Shown: positions 9,971 to 19,885 of the stretch, piece by piece
How the letters are laid out: every line of letters begins with the position of its first letter
Numbering within the stretch: the stretch's first letter is position 1
Assembly (NCBI GenBank): GCA_038841535.1
Contig: JAWBTQ010000007.1
Span: 39,451 to 71,059, forward strand
Origin: Sulfolobales archaeon
Lineage (GTDB): Archaea > Thermoproteota > Thermoprotei_A > Sulfolobales > NBVN01
DNA length: 31,609 nucleotides
Direction of reading: 5' to 3'
The notes under the pieces: generated by a model
What the model was told of the DNA's origin: nothing
Database searches by the model: none
What the model saw: the letters and a program-made list of their open reading frames with translations, nothing else
Made by a program: the position numbers and the translations under genes

Positions 9971-10227
9971 CCGTTTGTCTTCGGATGTTCACTCGTGTTC
10001 TTTGATGTTCTTTTATATCTAGAGATTTCTACCTCGCCCACGTTAACCTAGGTATTCACTGGATTCACGAGTGGCTGTCGAGCACGGCGGCTCGAGGCCT
10101 TCCATCTAAGCTGAATGACCCGTCCTCTAGGTGTCTTAGAGCAGTAGTTACATCACCACCAAGAGTCACACAACATACTAAGCACGTAACACAAGCAAGT
10201 GAGTTTACAAAGCCTACGAACATTCCG
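9971..10227 (-). repeat. Dispersed ~260-bp non-coding element, copy 2
   Basis: Colinear similarity to 438-697; ends GACAAACGG on the minus strand. Its other end (cggaatgttc) resembles the inverted right end (cggatgttc). Confidence 0.75.
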
Positions 10228-10235
10228 CAGAGACA

Positions 10236-10901
10236 TCAAGAAGATAATAGCCCGATCAAGCAATCTACTGTTGCGTTAGGAAATAGAGAAGTGAGTCTCC
10301 CCACTTCGTTCGAGTATATCATCAGGAATATGTACTTTACGTCGACTTTTCTGCTTTCTGCTTTAACTCTAGTAAGCTCCTTAATTATCTCCTCATCAGC
10401 CATAATTAGGATCATTATTGAGTTACCTATGTTCTTGAGCCTAGAGCCACTTCGCATTACGTGTATATTTAAAAGAGATGACTTGAGTCTGTGCGCAACG
10501 TGTGAAGCTATTAGTACGGCTTCACTTGATGTCAGTATAGTTTCAACGCGGCTCCCATGAAACACGCTCACAATTTTCTCGAGTATCGATAAAGCTATGA
10601 GCTTCGTGAAAGACGTGTCCATTAAAAGATCAACTAAGCTCTCGTTCCTTAAGTACTCCATAACTACTTCTCTCACGAGCTTCGCGTCAGTCAAGATCTT
10701 GACTAAAGATATGCTCTTAGAGGTTTTCGGCCTAATCCTTCCGTTCGCGTACTTACTCAAAGAGGTTTCACGAACACCGAGGATCTGACTTAAAGAAGTC
10801 AGCTTAGAGAACCTTCTATACACCGATAACAGATCGACGAGGTCTACGTAGAGTAGGGACTCAGCGTATTTATGCGGTAATAGGCTGTAAGTCTTACTCA
10901 T
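10236..10901 (-). CDS. XRE-type HTH protein with degenerate phosphoribosyltransferase-like C-terminal domain
   Basis: LSQILGVRETSLSKYANGRIRP HTH; the RVETILTS...LIASHVAHRL segment resembles a PRT fold. Confidence 0.65.
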   Translation of the reverse strand: MSKTYSLLPHKYAESLLYVDLVDLLSVYRRFSKLTSLSQILGVRETSLSKYANGRIRPKTSKSISLVKILTDAKLVREVVMEYLRNESLVDLLMDTSFTKLIALSILEKIVSVFHGSRVETILTSSEAVLIASHVAHRLKSSLLNIHVMRSGSRLKNIGNSIMILIMADEEIIKELTRVKAESRKVDVKYIFLMIYSNEVGRLTSLFPNATVDCLIGLLSS

Positions 10902-11260
10902 TGCGAACTACCTAACTATACTATACTATTCTTTCACCGTTAATCAACTTTCAAAGTCTTTGCCTCACAGCAGTTTATAGCAATAGTTAATTTGCCTTAT
11001 CCCCTCCCGCAGAATCCTCGGAATGGCTAACTTTGAGAGGATCCTTGAAGTAGCTTGAGCATCTCACACCTAGAGTGCTGAAATCTTCTAAGTTACTGCT
11101 GTCACTCACATCCTGGGTTGCGTAGTAGGACCCTCTAAGTAGGCTGGAGCTAGAGCGTCTTCTCACCTTTATCTTATACTCGTTAATGTAGTGCTGGAGT
11201 CGATTAATAAGCCTCTCGGTTTTTAAATCAACTTCTTGCAGTACAGGTCATGGATGGTTC

Positions 11261-11578
11261 ATGGCGGTAAATGTAGTCGTTGGTGTAGTTAGTGACGAAA
11301 TCTCGGAAGACCTCGTTAGGATAGTGTGGGAAGTAGCACAGAGGATCTTCAAAAAGTATGGACTGGAAGTCTACGTAGTACCTGTAGCAGTAAACTCTCG
11401 GTTTCCATACATCTCTATAAACGGTATAAGAGTAGTAATTAGGAGTCCTCCAAGTGTTACAGAGTTAGAGGACTTAATACTATCAGTGGCCATGTACTCC
11501 GAGGGTAGCGATGATGAAGTCGACCTCTTAGCTTCTTTGGAGGACCCTGTAATAGCTGATGCCGTATTTGTGTCTTAA
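11261..11578 (+). CDS. Hypothetical protein (possible thioredoxin-like fold)
   Basis: 105-aa ORF with PYISING motif; TTTTAAA upstream. Confidence 0.65.
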   Translation: MAVNVVVGVVSDEISEDLVRIVWEVAQRIFKKYGLEVYVVPVAVNSRFPYISINGIRVVIRSPPSVTELEDLILSVAMYSEGSDDEVDLLASLEDPVIADAVFVS

Positions 11579-12468
11579 GGACATATATCGCAGAGAGTGA
11601 CATCTAACCATCGTCCGTACCTACCCGCTAAAATGACTCCGTAGTCTTTAAGGACTCTTTGTACTCCGCCGACATCTCCCTCCATCCTAAAGTACTTGAT
11701 GAAGAAGGGTCTTACGAGCCTGACGGGCCCCTCAATGAGCTTGAGTCTCTTAAGCTCGACTACAGCCTGGCTTGCTAGCTCAGCTTTGAGGGATCCTCTC
11801 CCAATGGGTATGAAAGCGTAGATAAGCCTGCCTAGCGGATGCTTACCGTAGCTAACAACGTAACCTAGAGAGTGGCCTTTGCGACCAACAAGCACCTTGG
11901 TGTATTCCCCCAGCTTTGTGTCAGAGATTACGAGGAGAGCGTGTGCGGATGAATACTCTAAGTAATCTACTAGCTTATTTAGACCGCTCTTAGATAGAAA
12001 GTAGTGGAGGGGTAGGGTGTTTACGAGCTCTTCGTACTCTACTTCATAGTGATACGTTTTTACGTGTTTAGACTGTAGGCTTACTTTAGAGATAGGTGAA
12101 AAGACTCTAGTGGCTCTAGACTTAGTGAGAAGCCTCCTGTAATACGCACACACAGGGTGCTCTGGAACTAGAACTTTCCCGCTGAAGCCTATGAATGACC
12201 TACTAATATCACCTAGCTTCTCAGCTACGTTGGCCTCAAAACCCTCGATAACGATCTCTACATCTACATCTCTTAAGTTACTACCAAAAAGCTGTTGGCA
12301 ACAACTCCTACGAAGAAATACGGGTATGCGGTCTAAGCAAGATGAACCCAAGCTCCACCCGTAGAGGTCGCTACCACCTTCCCAGAAGTCGATAATTACG
12401 TCATCTTCTCTTGCTAGAAGGTTTGTCGTTAACGAATTCCCTAAGAATACCCTTCTCGCCTTCCTCAC
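11575..12468 (-). CDS. Hypothetical protein, distantly FAD-oxidoreductase-like
   Basis: Degenerate N-terminal Rossmann motif (VFLGNSLT), YEELVNTLPL, C-terminal GVILAGRYGRW. Confidence 0.55.
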   Translation of the reverse strand: MRKARRVFLGNSLTTNLLAREDDVIIDFWEGGSDLYGWSLGSSCLDRIPVFLRRSCCQQLFGSNLRDVDVEIVIEGFEANVAEKLGDISRSFIGFSGKVLVPEHPVCAYYRRLLTKSRATRVFSPISKVSLQSKHVKTYHYEVEYEELVNTLPLHYFLSKSGLNKLVDYLEYSSAHALLVISDTKLGEYTKVLVGRKGHSLGYVVSYGKHPLGRLIYAFIPIGRGSLKAELASQAVVELKRLKLIEGPVRLVRPFFIKYFRMEGDVGGVQRVLKDYGVILAGRYGRWLDVTLCDICP

Positions 12469-12742
12469 TCGCCTCCCTTGTAGTTGGTACTCCGATTTTC
12501 TTATACCTTTTAGTGTGCCAATGAGTCCTCATGTGATTTATTAAGTCCTCCACCGAGATAAAGAGAGGTACGTCAGCAACCGGGAGGTTACCCTCGCGAT
12601 TACTGGGACAGAGATCCTCGATGCTTATAGTGCTGCAGACCGGGCAAACCATTAGTGACGTAGTGAGGTCGAGACACGTAACAACAGTAATCCCGTAAGA
12701 ACTGAGTTCCCTCCTTACCCAGCGAGGCTCCCAGTAACTCAT
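12401..12742 (-). CDS. C2H2-type zinc-finger protein
   Basis: CPVC ... LINHMRTH; start overlaps the upstream stop. Confidence 0.7.
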   Translation of the reverse strand: MSYWEPRWVRRELSSYGITVVTCLDLTTSLMVCPVCSTISIEDLCPSNREGNLPVADVPLFISVEDLINHMRTHWHTKRYKKIGVPTTREASEEGEKGILREFVNDKPSSKRR

Positions 12743-12951
12743 TTGCCCAGCTCCTCTAAGCGCTTGAGTCTACTCAACACGCTATCCAGCCCCTTAGTAT
12801 CTACATCGTAACCGAGGCTCTTCAACTTATATAATATGGCTAACCTTAGCGCTTCACTACGGCAACTAACGACACCAGCCCTAACTAGGTGATCAATGAG
12901 TTCCACAACATCTCCAGGAAGTCGAACTGATATTAAAGCATCGGCATTCAC
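12739..12951 (-). CDS. Ribbon-helix-helix (CopG/MetJ) protein
   Basis: ISVRLP..VELIDHLV..G...RSEALRLAI. Confidence 0.8.
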   Translation of the reverse strand: MNADALISVRLPGDVVELIDHLVRAGVVSCRSEALRLAILYKLKSLGYDVDTKGLDSVLSRLKRLEELGK

Positions 12952-13121
12952 ACTAACCCCCTTTACTGGTATATCTAGGCGTATTTATTTGCGCATTTCG
13001 AAAGAATAGCCCAACGCAGTGAGACTATCTTTGCTGTACACGAAGACTTAGTAAAACCGTTTGAGACCTTAGGACCTAAGTCACTTTTAGTTTAGATAAT
13101 GCGCGCACTAGTCACCGCAAC

Positions 13122-13808
13122 CTAGCTCTTAGTATTTCCAGAATTCATGATCACATTTAAGTCTGAGTAAACTAAGCTCATAACCTCTGTTAGGTCAACA
13201 GATATCTCGTTACCTATAGTTATCCTAGCACTCTTTATTTCCTCTCCGCTCTTGAGGACGTATATCTTAACAGAGTACTTATTTAGTATTGAGGCGACCA
13301 AGTCCTTACTACCGCGCTCGTAGAGCCTCCTTATGAGAGCTAGCAGACTGCGCGCCAGATCTCGGTCACAGCTCTTTAACTCACTCGCCTTCTCTAGTAC
13401 TGCCAGAGTTAGTGCTATTGCTATAAAGTCCTTAGACTCACTAGCTACGTAAACGATGCTTTCAAGGTCTGAACACCCTATGTCGCCAGTAAGTGCTTTA
13501 CCTACGTCATCTAGGCTGTGACTCCCGGCACTAGGGTAGTATATGCCTGCCTCGCGGGTGTTGAATGCCTCTATGAACTTCACGATGCTATTGCCGTACT
13601 CTGAGGGAAGGGAGTTGACTACACTGAGAGCTATTCGAGCGTTTTCCTCCGGGTCTCTCTCGAGGAAATCCGATAAGACCTTGAATAACCTTATAATACA
13701 TTCTTCACGCTTACTACATGAACTCAGAACCCTCTTCATTCTCTCGAGCAGTAGCTTCCTCCTCGTCGAGTAGTCCTGAGCAACTTTAAGAAAGTCTAGA
13801 AACGTCAT
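13122..13808 (-). CDS. Hypothetical alpha-helical protein
   Basis: 228-aa ORF co-oriented with its neighbours; no recognised motif. Confidence 0.65.
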   Translation of the reverse strand: MTFLDFLKVAQDYSTRRKLLLERMKRVLSSCSKREECIIRLFKVLSDFLERDPEENARIALSVVNSLPSEYGNSIVKFIEAFNTREAGIYYPSAGSHSLDDVGKALTGDIGCSDLESIVYVASESKDFIAIALTLAVLEKASELKSCDRDLARSLLALIRRLYERGSKDLVASILNKYSVKIYVLKSGEEIKSARITIGNEISVDLTEVMSLVYSDLNVIMNSGNTKS

Positions 13809-13817
13809 AGTAGGTCC

Positions 13818-14246
13818 CTAAGACTTACTTCTCTTAGCTATGCGAACGCAGTCTGCTATGATCTTGTTAACAAGGTCTTTATGCTCCAATCTCACGTGTC
13901 TCTCAGGGTTCATGGTCAAGACCTTCTCGCATACAGTGCAGTAATAGCCTCCTGGGACTCTAATCACTATCGGAGTTAGGTTACATAGGGAACTGTACGA
14001 AACCTTGATGACGTACTGAGCTACTCTGTAGTTACCCGCTTTCTCGATTACCCTCTGTATGTACCCTCTCAGCTTAAACTTCCCTATTCTGTACTTGTGG
14101 CTCAATATGGATGGAGACTCTCCGTCGAGTAAGTACTCCTTGAGAGCGTGGAGAGTAACGAAGTCGCCAGCTAGCACCTTAACTACTAAGTACTTTAGTG
14201 ACTCTACAACGTTTTCAGACATTCCCTCACCTACAATTCCTCTCAA
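13818..14246 (-). CDS. Putative DNA-binding protein (HTH-like region plus C-terminal C2H2 finger)
   Basis: ESPSILSHKYRIGKFKLRG; CTVC...HVRLEH. The start may be the Met at codon 9. Confidence 0.6.
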   Translation of the reverse strand: MRGIVGEGMSENVVESLKYLVVKVLAGDFVTLHALKEYLLDGESPSILSHKYRIGKFKLRGYIQRVIEKAGNYRVAQYVIKVSYSSLCNLTPIVIRVPGGYYCTVCEKVLTMNPERHVRLEHKDLVNKIIADCVRIAKRSKS

Positions 14247-14338
14247 CGAGTTGCTTCTTTTAAAGCAAACAACCTAATCAGCTTCCGTGGTGCTGACACA
14301 CCGCATTGCAGTTAGTGGCCTCTATCTCGGGCTCTGGG

Positions 14339-16120
14339 CTAGCTAGAGAGACACGCACGTAAAAACGTTATAGAGTAGAGCAGGTACTTCTCCATAGCTT
14401 TAACGTCTAAGCTTATGGCGTGCCCGATGTCGGGGATGACGTGGAGCTCGAACGTCTTGCCCAGCTCCATGAGTTTGTACGCAAACTTCATTATCGGTCT
14501 GAGTGGGCACCTAGAGTCGTTCTGCGGGTGGATTATACACAGAGGTGACTTGATGTTGTTTATGTAGGTTGCTGGAGACCTCTCTAGAAAGAGCTCTTTC
14601 TTACCTGCGAACAGTATTTCATCGTATCTTTTGAAGAAAGCGTCCGCAAGCTCGTAGTCTTCCTCCCAATCAGTCACTCCGGCACCGGCTACACCACACT
14701 TCCACAGGTCAGGGTACTTCACCATAGCCATGAAGCTTAAGTAACCTCCATAGCTATAGCCAAACACAGCTAACTTCTTACTGTCTGCTATACCCGCACT
14801 TACTGACCAAGTAGCTGCATTCGCTACATCCGCAAGGTCACCACCACCTGGATCCCCTAAATCGAGCTTTCTGAACTTCTCACCGTACCCTGTCGACCCT
14901 CTGAAGTTTGGTGCTACTACGTGGTAGCCTAGAGCTACTAGCAGAGCTAACATAGGCGACCAAGAGTTAGAAACCTCAGCCCAAGGACCTCCGTGTGGAT
15001 AGACTACGGTAGATCCGGGCCGGGGGCTCTTCGAGCTCACTAATACGTACGCAGGAGTCTTGATGCCGCCTTCTGACTCGATTTCCGCGAATAGCACTTC
15101 ACGCAGTGACTCCAGTACCTCACTTGGGGGTTCTGCTCCAGCAACTAGCTGGTGCTCCGAGGTCGTTAAGTTTACTCTGAAGACTCTGGGTGGTTCCCTT
15201 AGCGATGAGTGGGTTATGTAAGCATAGCCATCTCCTACTTCAGCACTGAGGACCATGCCTTCAGGAGTCTTCACCTCGGCACCGTCTATGAATAGCTTCG
15301 AGTTACCCTGCTTCTTACCTATAGCCCAAACCCTACCGTCAGCAGTCCACCCGAAGTCGACGAATTCAACAGGTCCGTACTTATCCATGTGGTCGTAGCT
15401 CGTCTTAAGTCTCTGAACTTCCTGAGTCTCTATATCGTAGATGTAGAGCTTGAACGTATCGAGGTCCTCGTAGTTGCTCTCAAACAGTATCTTAGACCCG
15501 AAGAGCTTTGGATCTCGGTTGACACTCCCCTCTCTCGGGGTAAACACTTTCATCTGGCGAGTCTGTATGTCTAGGACGAAGAGCTCAGTACTAAAGGGGT
15601 CGTCCCTGAGGTGTCCAGACCCGGCTATGTATCTGTCGCTTACATCAGAAACATGCTCTCTACCCTTAATCTCAGCCACAACTTCAGCTACTCCACTAGA
15701 GACTGTAGACATGCATATGTAGGCTTTCGGGCCGAACGAACCTGACCAAGCAATTCTAAAACCATCATAACCGAGACCTACTATCCTGTGCGGTTCGACT
15801 CCATCCGAGAGACTGCGGACTTCGCCTGACCTAGCGTCTATACCGTAGACCACTACTTTCTCGTAACCTCTACTAACATCAATAGTATACAGCACGACAT
15901 CAGAAGCTTTCGAAGTTCTCGCAATCATGTATACCGGTTGGTCGACGAGCTTGCTTATTTCGCCAGATGCTGGCTCGACTTTGTATAGCTTGTACACACC
16001 CTCTATAGTGGAGCCGAATACTACGTAGTCGCTCTTGGTTACTCCCACTAAGTTGTATCTGGGGACTGTGACTACTTTCCTAATCAGCCTGACTAATTCC
16101 TCTAACTCCAAAACGAGCAC
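14339..16120 (-). CDS. S9 family acylaminoacyl peptidase
   Basis: HGGP, NFRGSTGYG, GYSYGG nucleophile, NDSRC Asp, GH His; beta-propeller N-terminus. Confidence 0.92.
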   Translation of the reverse strand: MLVLELEELVRLIRKVVTVPRYNLVGVTKSDYVVFGSTIEGVYKLYKVEPASGEISKLVDQPVYMIARTSKASDVVLYTIDVSRGYEKVVVYGIDARSGEVRSLSDGVEPHRIVGLGYDGFRIAWSGSFGPKAYICMSTVSSGVAEVVAEIKGREHVSDVSDRYIAGSGHLRDDPFSTELFVLDIQTRQMKVFTPREGSVNRDPKLFGSKILFESNYEDLDTFKLYIYDIETQEVQRLKTSYDHMDKYGPVEFVDFGWTADGRVWAIGKKQGNSKLFIDGAEVKTPEGMVLSAEVGDGYAYITHSSLREPPRVFRVNLTTSEHQLVAGAEPPSEVLESLREVLFAEIESEGGIKTPAYVLVSSKSPRPGSTVVYPHGGPWAEVSNSWSPMLALLVALGYHVVAPNFRGSTGYGEKFRKLDLGDPGGGDLADVANAATWSVSAGIADSKKLAVFGYSYGGYLSFMAMVKYPDLWKCGVAGAGVTDWEEDYELADAFFKRYDEILFAGKKELFLERSPATYINNIKSPLCIIHPQNDSRCPLRPIMKFAYKLMELGKTFELHVIPDIGHAISLDVKAMEKYLLYSITFLRACLSS

Positions 16121-16168
16121 CTACCTATAGTTAAGGGAGGAAATAAATACCTTGGCTTGTAGCTATAG

Positions 16169-17230
16169 TTGGTGCTTCACATGGTTAAAGCTACAGTAAG
16201 TGTAATCGTTAATGGCTATGGAGTCATAGGTAAGAGAGTTGCTGATGCCGTTCTCCACCAGCCTGATATGAGGCTGGTTGGTGTCGCTGACGTAGTCGCA
16301 GACTGGAGGATCAAGCTAGCAGCCTATAAGGGCCTGTCCGTATATGCTTCGACTGCTGATAGGGCTACCGATATGGTTAAGAAAGGCTTAAAGCTGAGTG
16401 GTGTGCTTGAGGAGCTTCTGAGAAGTGGTGCTGTTGATGTAGTTGTTGACTGCACTCCAGCTAAGGTAGGAGCTAGAAATAGAGATCTCTACGAGAAGTA
16501 CGGTGTTAAAGCGGTCTTTCAGGGAGGTGAGAAGCACGAGGTTGCTGGAGTATCGTTCGTTGCTCAAAGAAACTATGGTGAGGCCCTAGGGCGCCGGTTT
16601 GTCCGAGTAGTTAGCTGCAATACTACAGCTATATGCAGAGTAGTCGGAGGGATCCACGAGAAGATCGGTGTGAAGAAGGCGAGAGTAGTAGTATTTAGGA
16701 GAGCTGTTGATGTGTGGGAATCGAGTAGGACTGGCATTATGAACACCGTAGTACCCGAACTCCAGGTTCCATCACACCACGGACCCGACGCTCAAACCGT
16801 TATAAAGGACTTAGACATAGTGACCATGGCAGCTAAGGGGAGCCACAACCTATACCACCTACACATGGCCATGGTCGAATTGAGGAGTAGGGTCACACTA
16901 GAGGATGTGCTCAGAGTTATAGAGGAAGAACCGAGAGTCCTATTTGTGAGTGGTGAAGACGGTGTTGACGGTCTAAACGCCATATTCGAGCTATCGAGAG
17001 ACTTGGGGAGACCTAGGGGAGACCTCTACGAAATACCTGTGTGGAGGGACAGCATCTCTGTCTCGCGAGATGGGTCGGAGGTGTACTTGATGTGGGCAAC
17101 GCCGAATGAATCCAACGTAGTCCCAGAAAACGTAGATGCCATTAGAGCAGTAGCAGAGCTTGAGACGGAGGCTAAAGCGTCTATTTCGAAGACAGACAGG
17201 TACCTGGGTGTGGTAAAGAGAGTGTACTAG
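16169..17230 (+). CDS. gap: Archaeal type II glyceraldehyde-3-phosphate dehydrogenase
   Basis: NGYGVIGKRVADA, FQGGEK, VVSCNTT catalytic Cys, PSHHGPD, VPENVDAIRA. Confidence 0.95.
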   Translation: MVLHMVKATVSVIVNGYGVIGKRVADAVLHQPDMRLVGVADVVADWRIKLAAYKGLSVYASTADRATDMVKKGLKLSGVLEELLRSGAVDVVVDCTPAKVGARNRDLYEKYGVKAVFQGGEKHEVAGVSFVAQRNYGEALGRRFVRVVSCNTTAICRVVGGIHEKIGVKKARVVVFRRAVDVWESSRTGIMNTVVPELQVPSHHGPDAQTVIKDLDIVTMAAKGSHNLYHLHMAMVELRSRVTLEDVLRVIEEEPRVLFVSGEDGVDGLNAIFELSRDLGRPRGDLYEIPVWRDSISVSRDGSEVYLMWATPNESNVVPENVDAIRAVAELETEAKASISKTDRYLGVVKRVY

Positions 17231-17305
17231 GTCAGCCAACACTAGAGATACACTAAGGCACTCTAGGTGTTTAAGAATTAGTGGTGGGAGCTGTTGACTA
17301 GCTCT

Positions 17306-17884
17306 TTATGTAATCGATAGGCTCATAATCGACTGGTTGGTCCCTAAATCGACTATAGAGGCTGTTAGAGTATCGCAGTCTATTACTCCGTACGTGACTT
17401 CCCGCGCTAGATAACCCGATAGCGCTCCCGGGTTAAGTACGTAGCTCGAGCACTTCTTGTTCAGTCTGTACCTATGTGTGTGTCCGTACATAACGATACC
17501 GTAGTAGTTGGAGCAAGCTAAGCTATCGACTACTCTCTCCGTAAGCTCAGGAGATTTAAACCCGTGGAGGAGCAGCGCCTTAGTCCCGCAGACCTCTACC
17601 TCAGTGGGCTGGTCTTCTACGTCTTTAGCGATCTTGCTTAAGAGCACCTTGTCGGCATCGTTGTTTCCTAATACTACCTTGAGGCTAAGCCTCTCCGGTA
17701 GTGCACCCACTATAGACTTCAGTGTAAACGGTGATACCACGTCCCCTAAGTGTATTAAGTATCCTGGCTCGAGAGACTTCCCCACTATTTTGAGGAACTT
17801 CTCGAGAGTGTCTAGCCTATCGTGAGTATCAGATATTACGTAGACCTTCAAGTACACACCCACAGAAAGAGTTAGAGACCTCAA
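17306..17884 (-). CDS. YfcE/MJ0936-family metallophosphoesterase
   Basis: SDTHD, HLGD, GNND, HG, GHTH and NPG motifs. Confidence 0.9.
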   Translation of the reverse strand: MRSLTLSVGVYLKVYVISDTHDRLDTLEKFLKIVGKSLEPGYLIHLGDVVSPFTLKSIVGALPERLSLKVVLGNNDADKVLLSKIAKDVEDQPTEVEVCGTKALLLHGFKSPELTERVVDSLACSNYYGIVMYGHTHRYRLNKKCSSYVLNPGALSGYLAREVTYGVIDCDTLTASIVDLGTNQSIMSLSIT

Positions 17885-17928
17885 ATATGGTTACTCACTA
17901 AAAGCTGTTCTCTAAGGACTTTCTACTG

Positions 17929-18999
17929 CTAGAAGTACGTGAGCTCCCTACTCCTGTACTCACCCACTATGTTTAGCTTATAGCCGCACTTCGGGCACAT
18001 GTTTCCTTGCTTCAAGTTCCAGTCTATGATGTAGAAGCCGTACCTTCTTACTGCTAGGTACCCGCACTTAGGGCAGTACGTGTTCTCTAGCTTGTGGCCT
18101 GGGATGTTACCTAGGTACACGTGCTTTAAGCCTTCTTCAATAGCTACTTGAGCCAGCTTCTCGAGGGTCTTTACGTCGGTTGGGGGTAGGTAGCTCAGCT
18201 TGTAGTGAGGGTAGAACCTCAGAAGGTGGAACGGTGTTTCTGCACCGATCTCGTCAGCTATCCACCGAGCTATCCTCTTTATGTCGGCTGGTTCCTCCCC
18301 ATACCTCGGAACTACCAGATTCGTAATCTCAACGAAAATGCCTTTCCTCTTCATCTCCGATATGGTGCTGAAGACCGGCTCTGGGTCGTGAACACCCATG
18401 TACTTTAGGTAGAAGGTCTTGCTGCCACCTCCCTTAAAGTCTACGGTAGCTGCGTCCATGTACTTAGATAGCTCACTGAGGGCTTCTTCGCTTATGTACC
18501 CGTTAGTCACCATAGTGTTAAACAACCCCTCTTTTTTCGCTAACTTCGCTACGTCGTACATGTACTCGTAGAATATGGTTGGCTCATTATAGGTGTAGCT
18601 AACACCATCGCTTCCAGCTCTCTTAGCTAGCTTAACTAGCTCTTCGGGGTCGACGTATTCACCGAATATCTCGTCTCTTCTTGATTGCGAGAGAGTCCAG
18701 TTCTGGCAGAAGGAGCACATGAAGTTGCATCCAGCGGTCGAGATAGAGAAGACTGCTGAACCTGGGTGGAAGTGCATTAGCGGCTTCTTCTCTATTGGGT
18801 CGACATTAGCTGCTGTTAGTAGTCCGTACACTAGAGTGTAGAGAACTCCCCTCTCGTTGTATCTAACTCCACAGGCTCCGAAGCCCCCATCAGCTATCGG
18901 GCAACGCTTGTAGCATAAATCACACCTGACTTTATCGCCCTCTAGCTTCCTCCAGAAGAGGGCTTCGCGGACCCAAGGTCTATCTAATCTTGGCTTCAT
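17929..18999 (-). CDS. amrS: AmmeMemoRadiSam system radical SAM enzyme
   Basis: DPIEKKPLMHFHPGS, CNFMCSFCQNW, YTYNEP, and N-/C-terminal Cys motifs. Confidence 0.9.
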   Translation of the reverse strand: MKPRLDRPWVREALFWRKLEGDKVRCDLCYKRCPIADGGFGACGVRYNERGVLYTLVYGLLTAANVDPIEKKPLMHFHPGSAVFSISTAGCNFMCSFCQNWTLSQSRRDEIFGEYVDPEELVKLAKRAGSDGVSYTYNEPTIFYEYMYDVAKLAKKEGLFNTMVTNGYISEEALSELSKYMDAATVDFKGGGSKTFYLKYMGVHDPEPVFSTISEMKRKGIFVEITNLVVPRYGEEPADIKRIARWIADEIGAETPFHLLRFYPHYKLSYLPPTDVKTLEKLAQVAIEEGLKHVYLGNIPGHKLENTYCPKCGYLAVRRYGFYIIDWNLKQGNMCPKCGYKLNIVGEYRSRELTYF

Positions 19000-19019
19000 G
19001 TCTACCTACGAATACTCCT

Positions 19020-19874
19020 CTAGGTCTTTTTTAAGCTGGAATCTCTGAGGGCTTTTAGTACAGTGTACTTAGTGATTACTCCAAGTAACTCTCCACTGCC
19101 GCTAGCAACTGGTAATACGTCGACGTTATTTCGAACTATTATTTGAGCTACTGAAGCTAGGTCGTCCTCTAGCTTCACAGTCACGACGTCAGTATCCATG
19201 ATCTCCGACACCATGACTGCTGGATATACCTTTATAGCTGTCTCGAGCCCTCTAGGGGAGATCCCCCTGACTCTCAGAGGCTTCTTAATGCCTGTTGCCG
19301 CCATACTCAAGAAAGCTAGGTCTCTCGCTGTTACTACACCTACTACCCTACTCTTGTCTACTACTACTACGGGCTGTCCTACCACTACCTTCTCTATGGC
19401 GTAGAAAACCGAGTGCTCAGGGCTGCATGTTTGGACTTCCTTCTCGATGTAGTCTCCTACTTTGTGTAGACCTTCGAAGTTCTCGGAGTATGCTCTAACT
19501 AAGTCGGTTCGCGTAATTATGCCAGTTATCTTCATTGTAGCTATATCCCTCACTATAACTAGTGAGCCCACGCTCTTCTCGAGCATTCTTCTTGCTGCGT
19601 ACGTTACGCTCCTCGTTGGTAGTATGGCGTAGACGGGTTTAGACATAATGTCTTGGGCTTTAATGTCCGTGAGTGGTTTATATAGCCACTTCCGGTTGTA
19701 CATTAGCTTGACGAAGTCGCTCCTACTGATCATTCCATGAGGTCTCTCATCTACTGATATGACTATGTGCCCAACTTTGTACTTTAGCATGAGGTTTCTA
19801 ACTCTCGCTAGGTTGTCTTGTGGGTGTGCCGCTACTACTGGGTGGCTCATGTAGTGCTCTACTTTTACTCTCAC
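19020..19874 (-). CDS. CBS domain protein (4 CBS)
   Basis: Repeated M..V...P and GIIT..D motifs. Confidence 0.9.
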   Translation of the reverse strand: MRVKVEHYMSHPVVAAHPQDNLARVRNLMLKYKVGHIVISVDERPHGMISRSDFVKLMYNRKWLYKPLTDIKAQDIMSKPVYAILPTRSVTYAARRMLEKSVGSLVIVRDIATMKITGIITRTDLVRAYSENFEGLHKVGDYIEKEVQTCSPEHSVFYAIEKVVVGQPVVVVDKSRVVGVVTARDLAFLSMAATGIKKPLRVRGISPRGLETAIKVYPAVMVSEIMDTDVVTVKLEDDLASVAQIIVRNNVDVLPVASGSGELLGVITKYTVLKALRDSSLKKT

Positions 19875-19885
19875 ACAACCACCTC

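Noticed and set aside
9767-14300. Integrated element at tRNA-Pro
   Set aside because: No integrase and no duplicated tRNA 3' end (att site) in the window.
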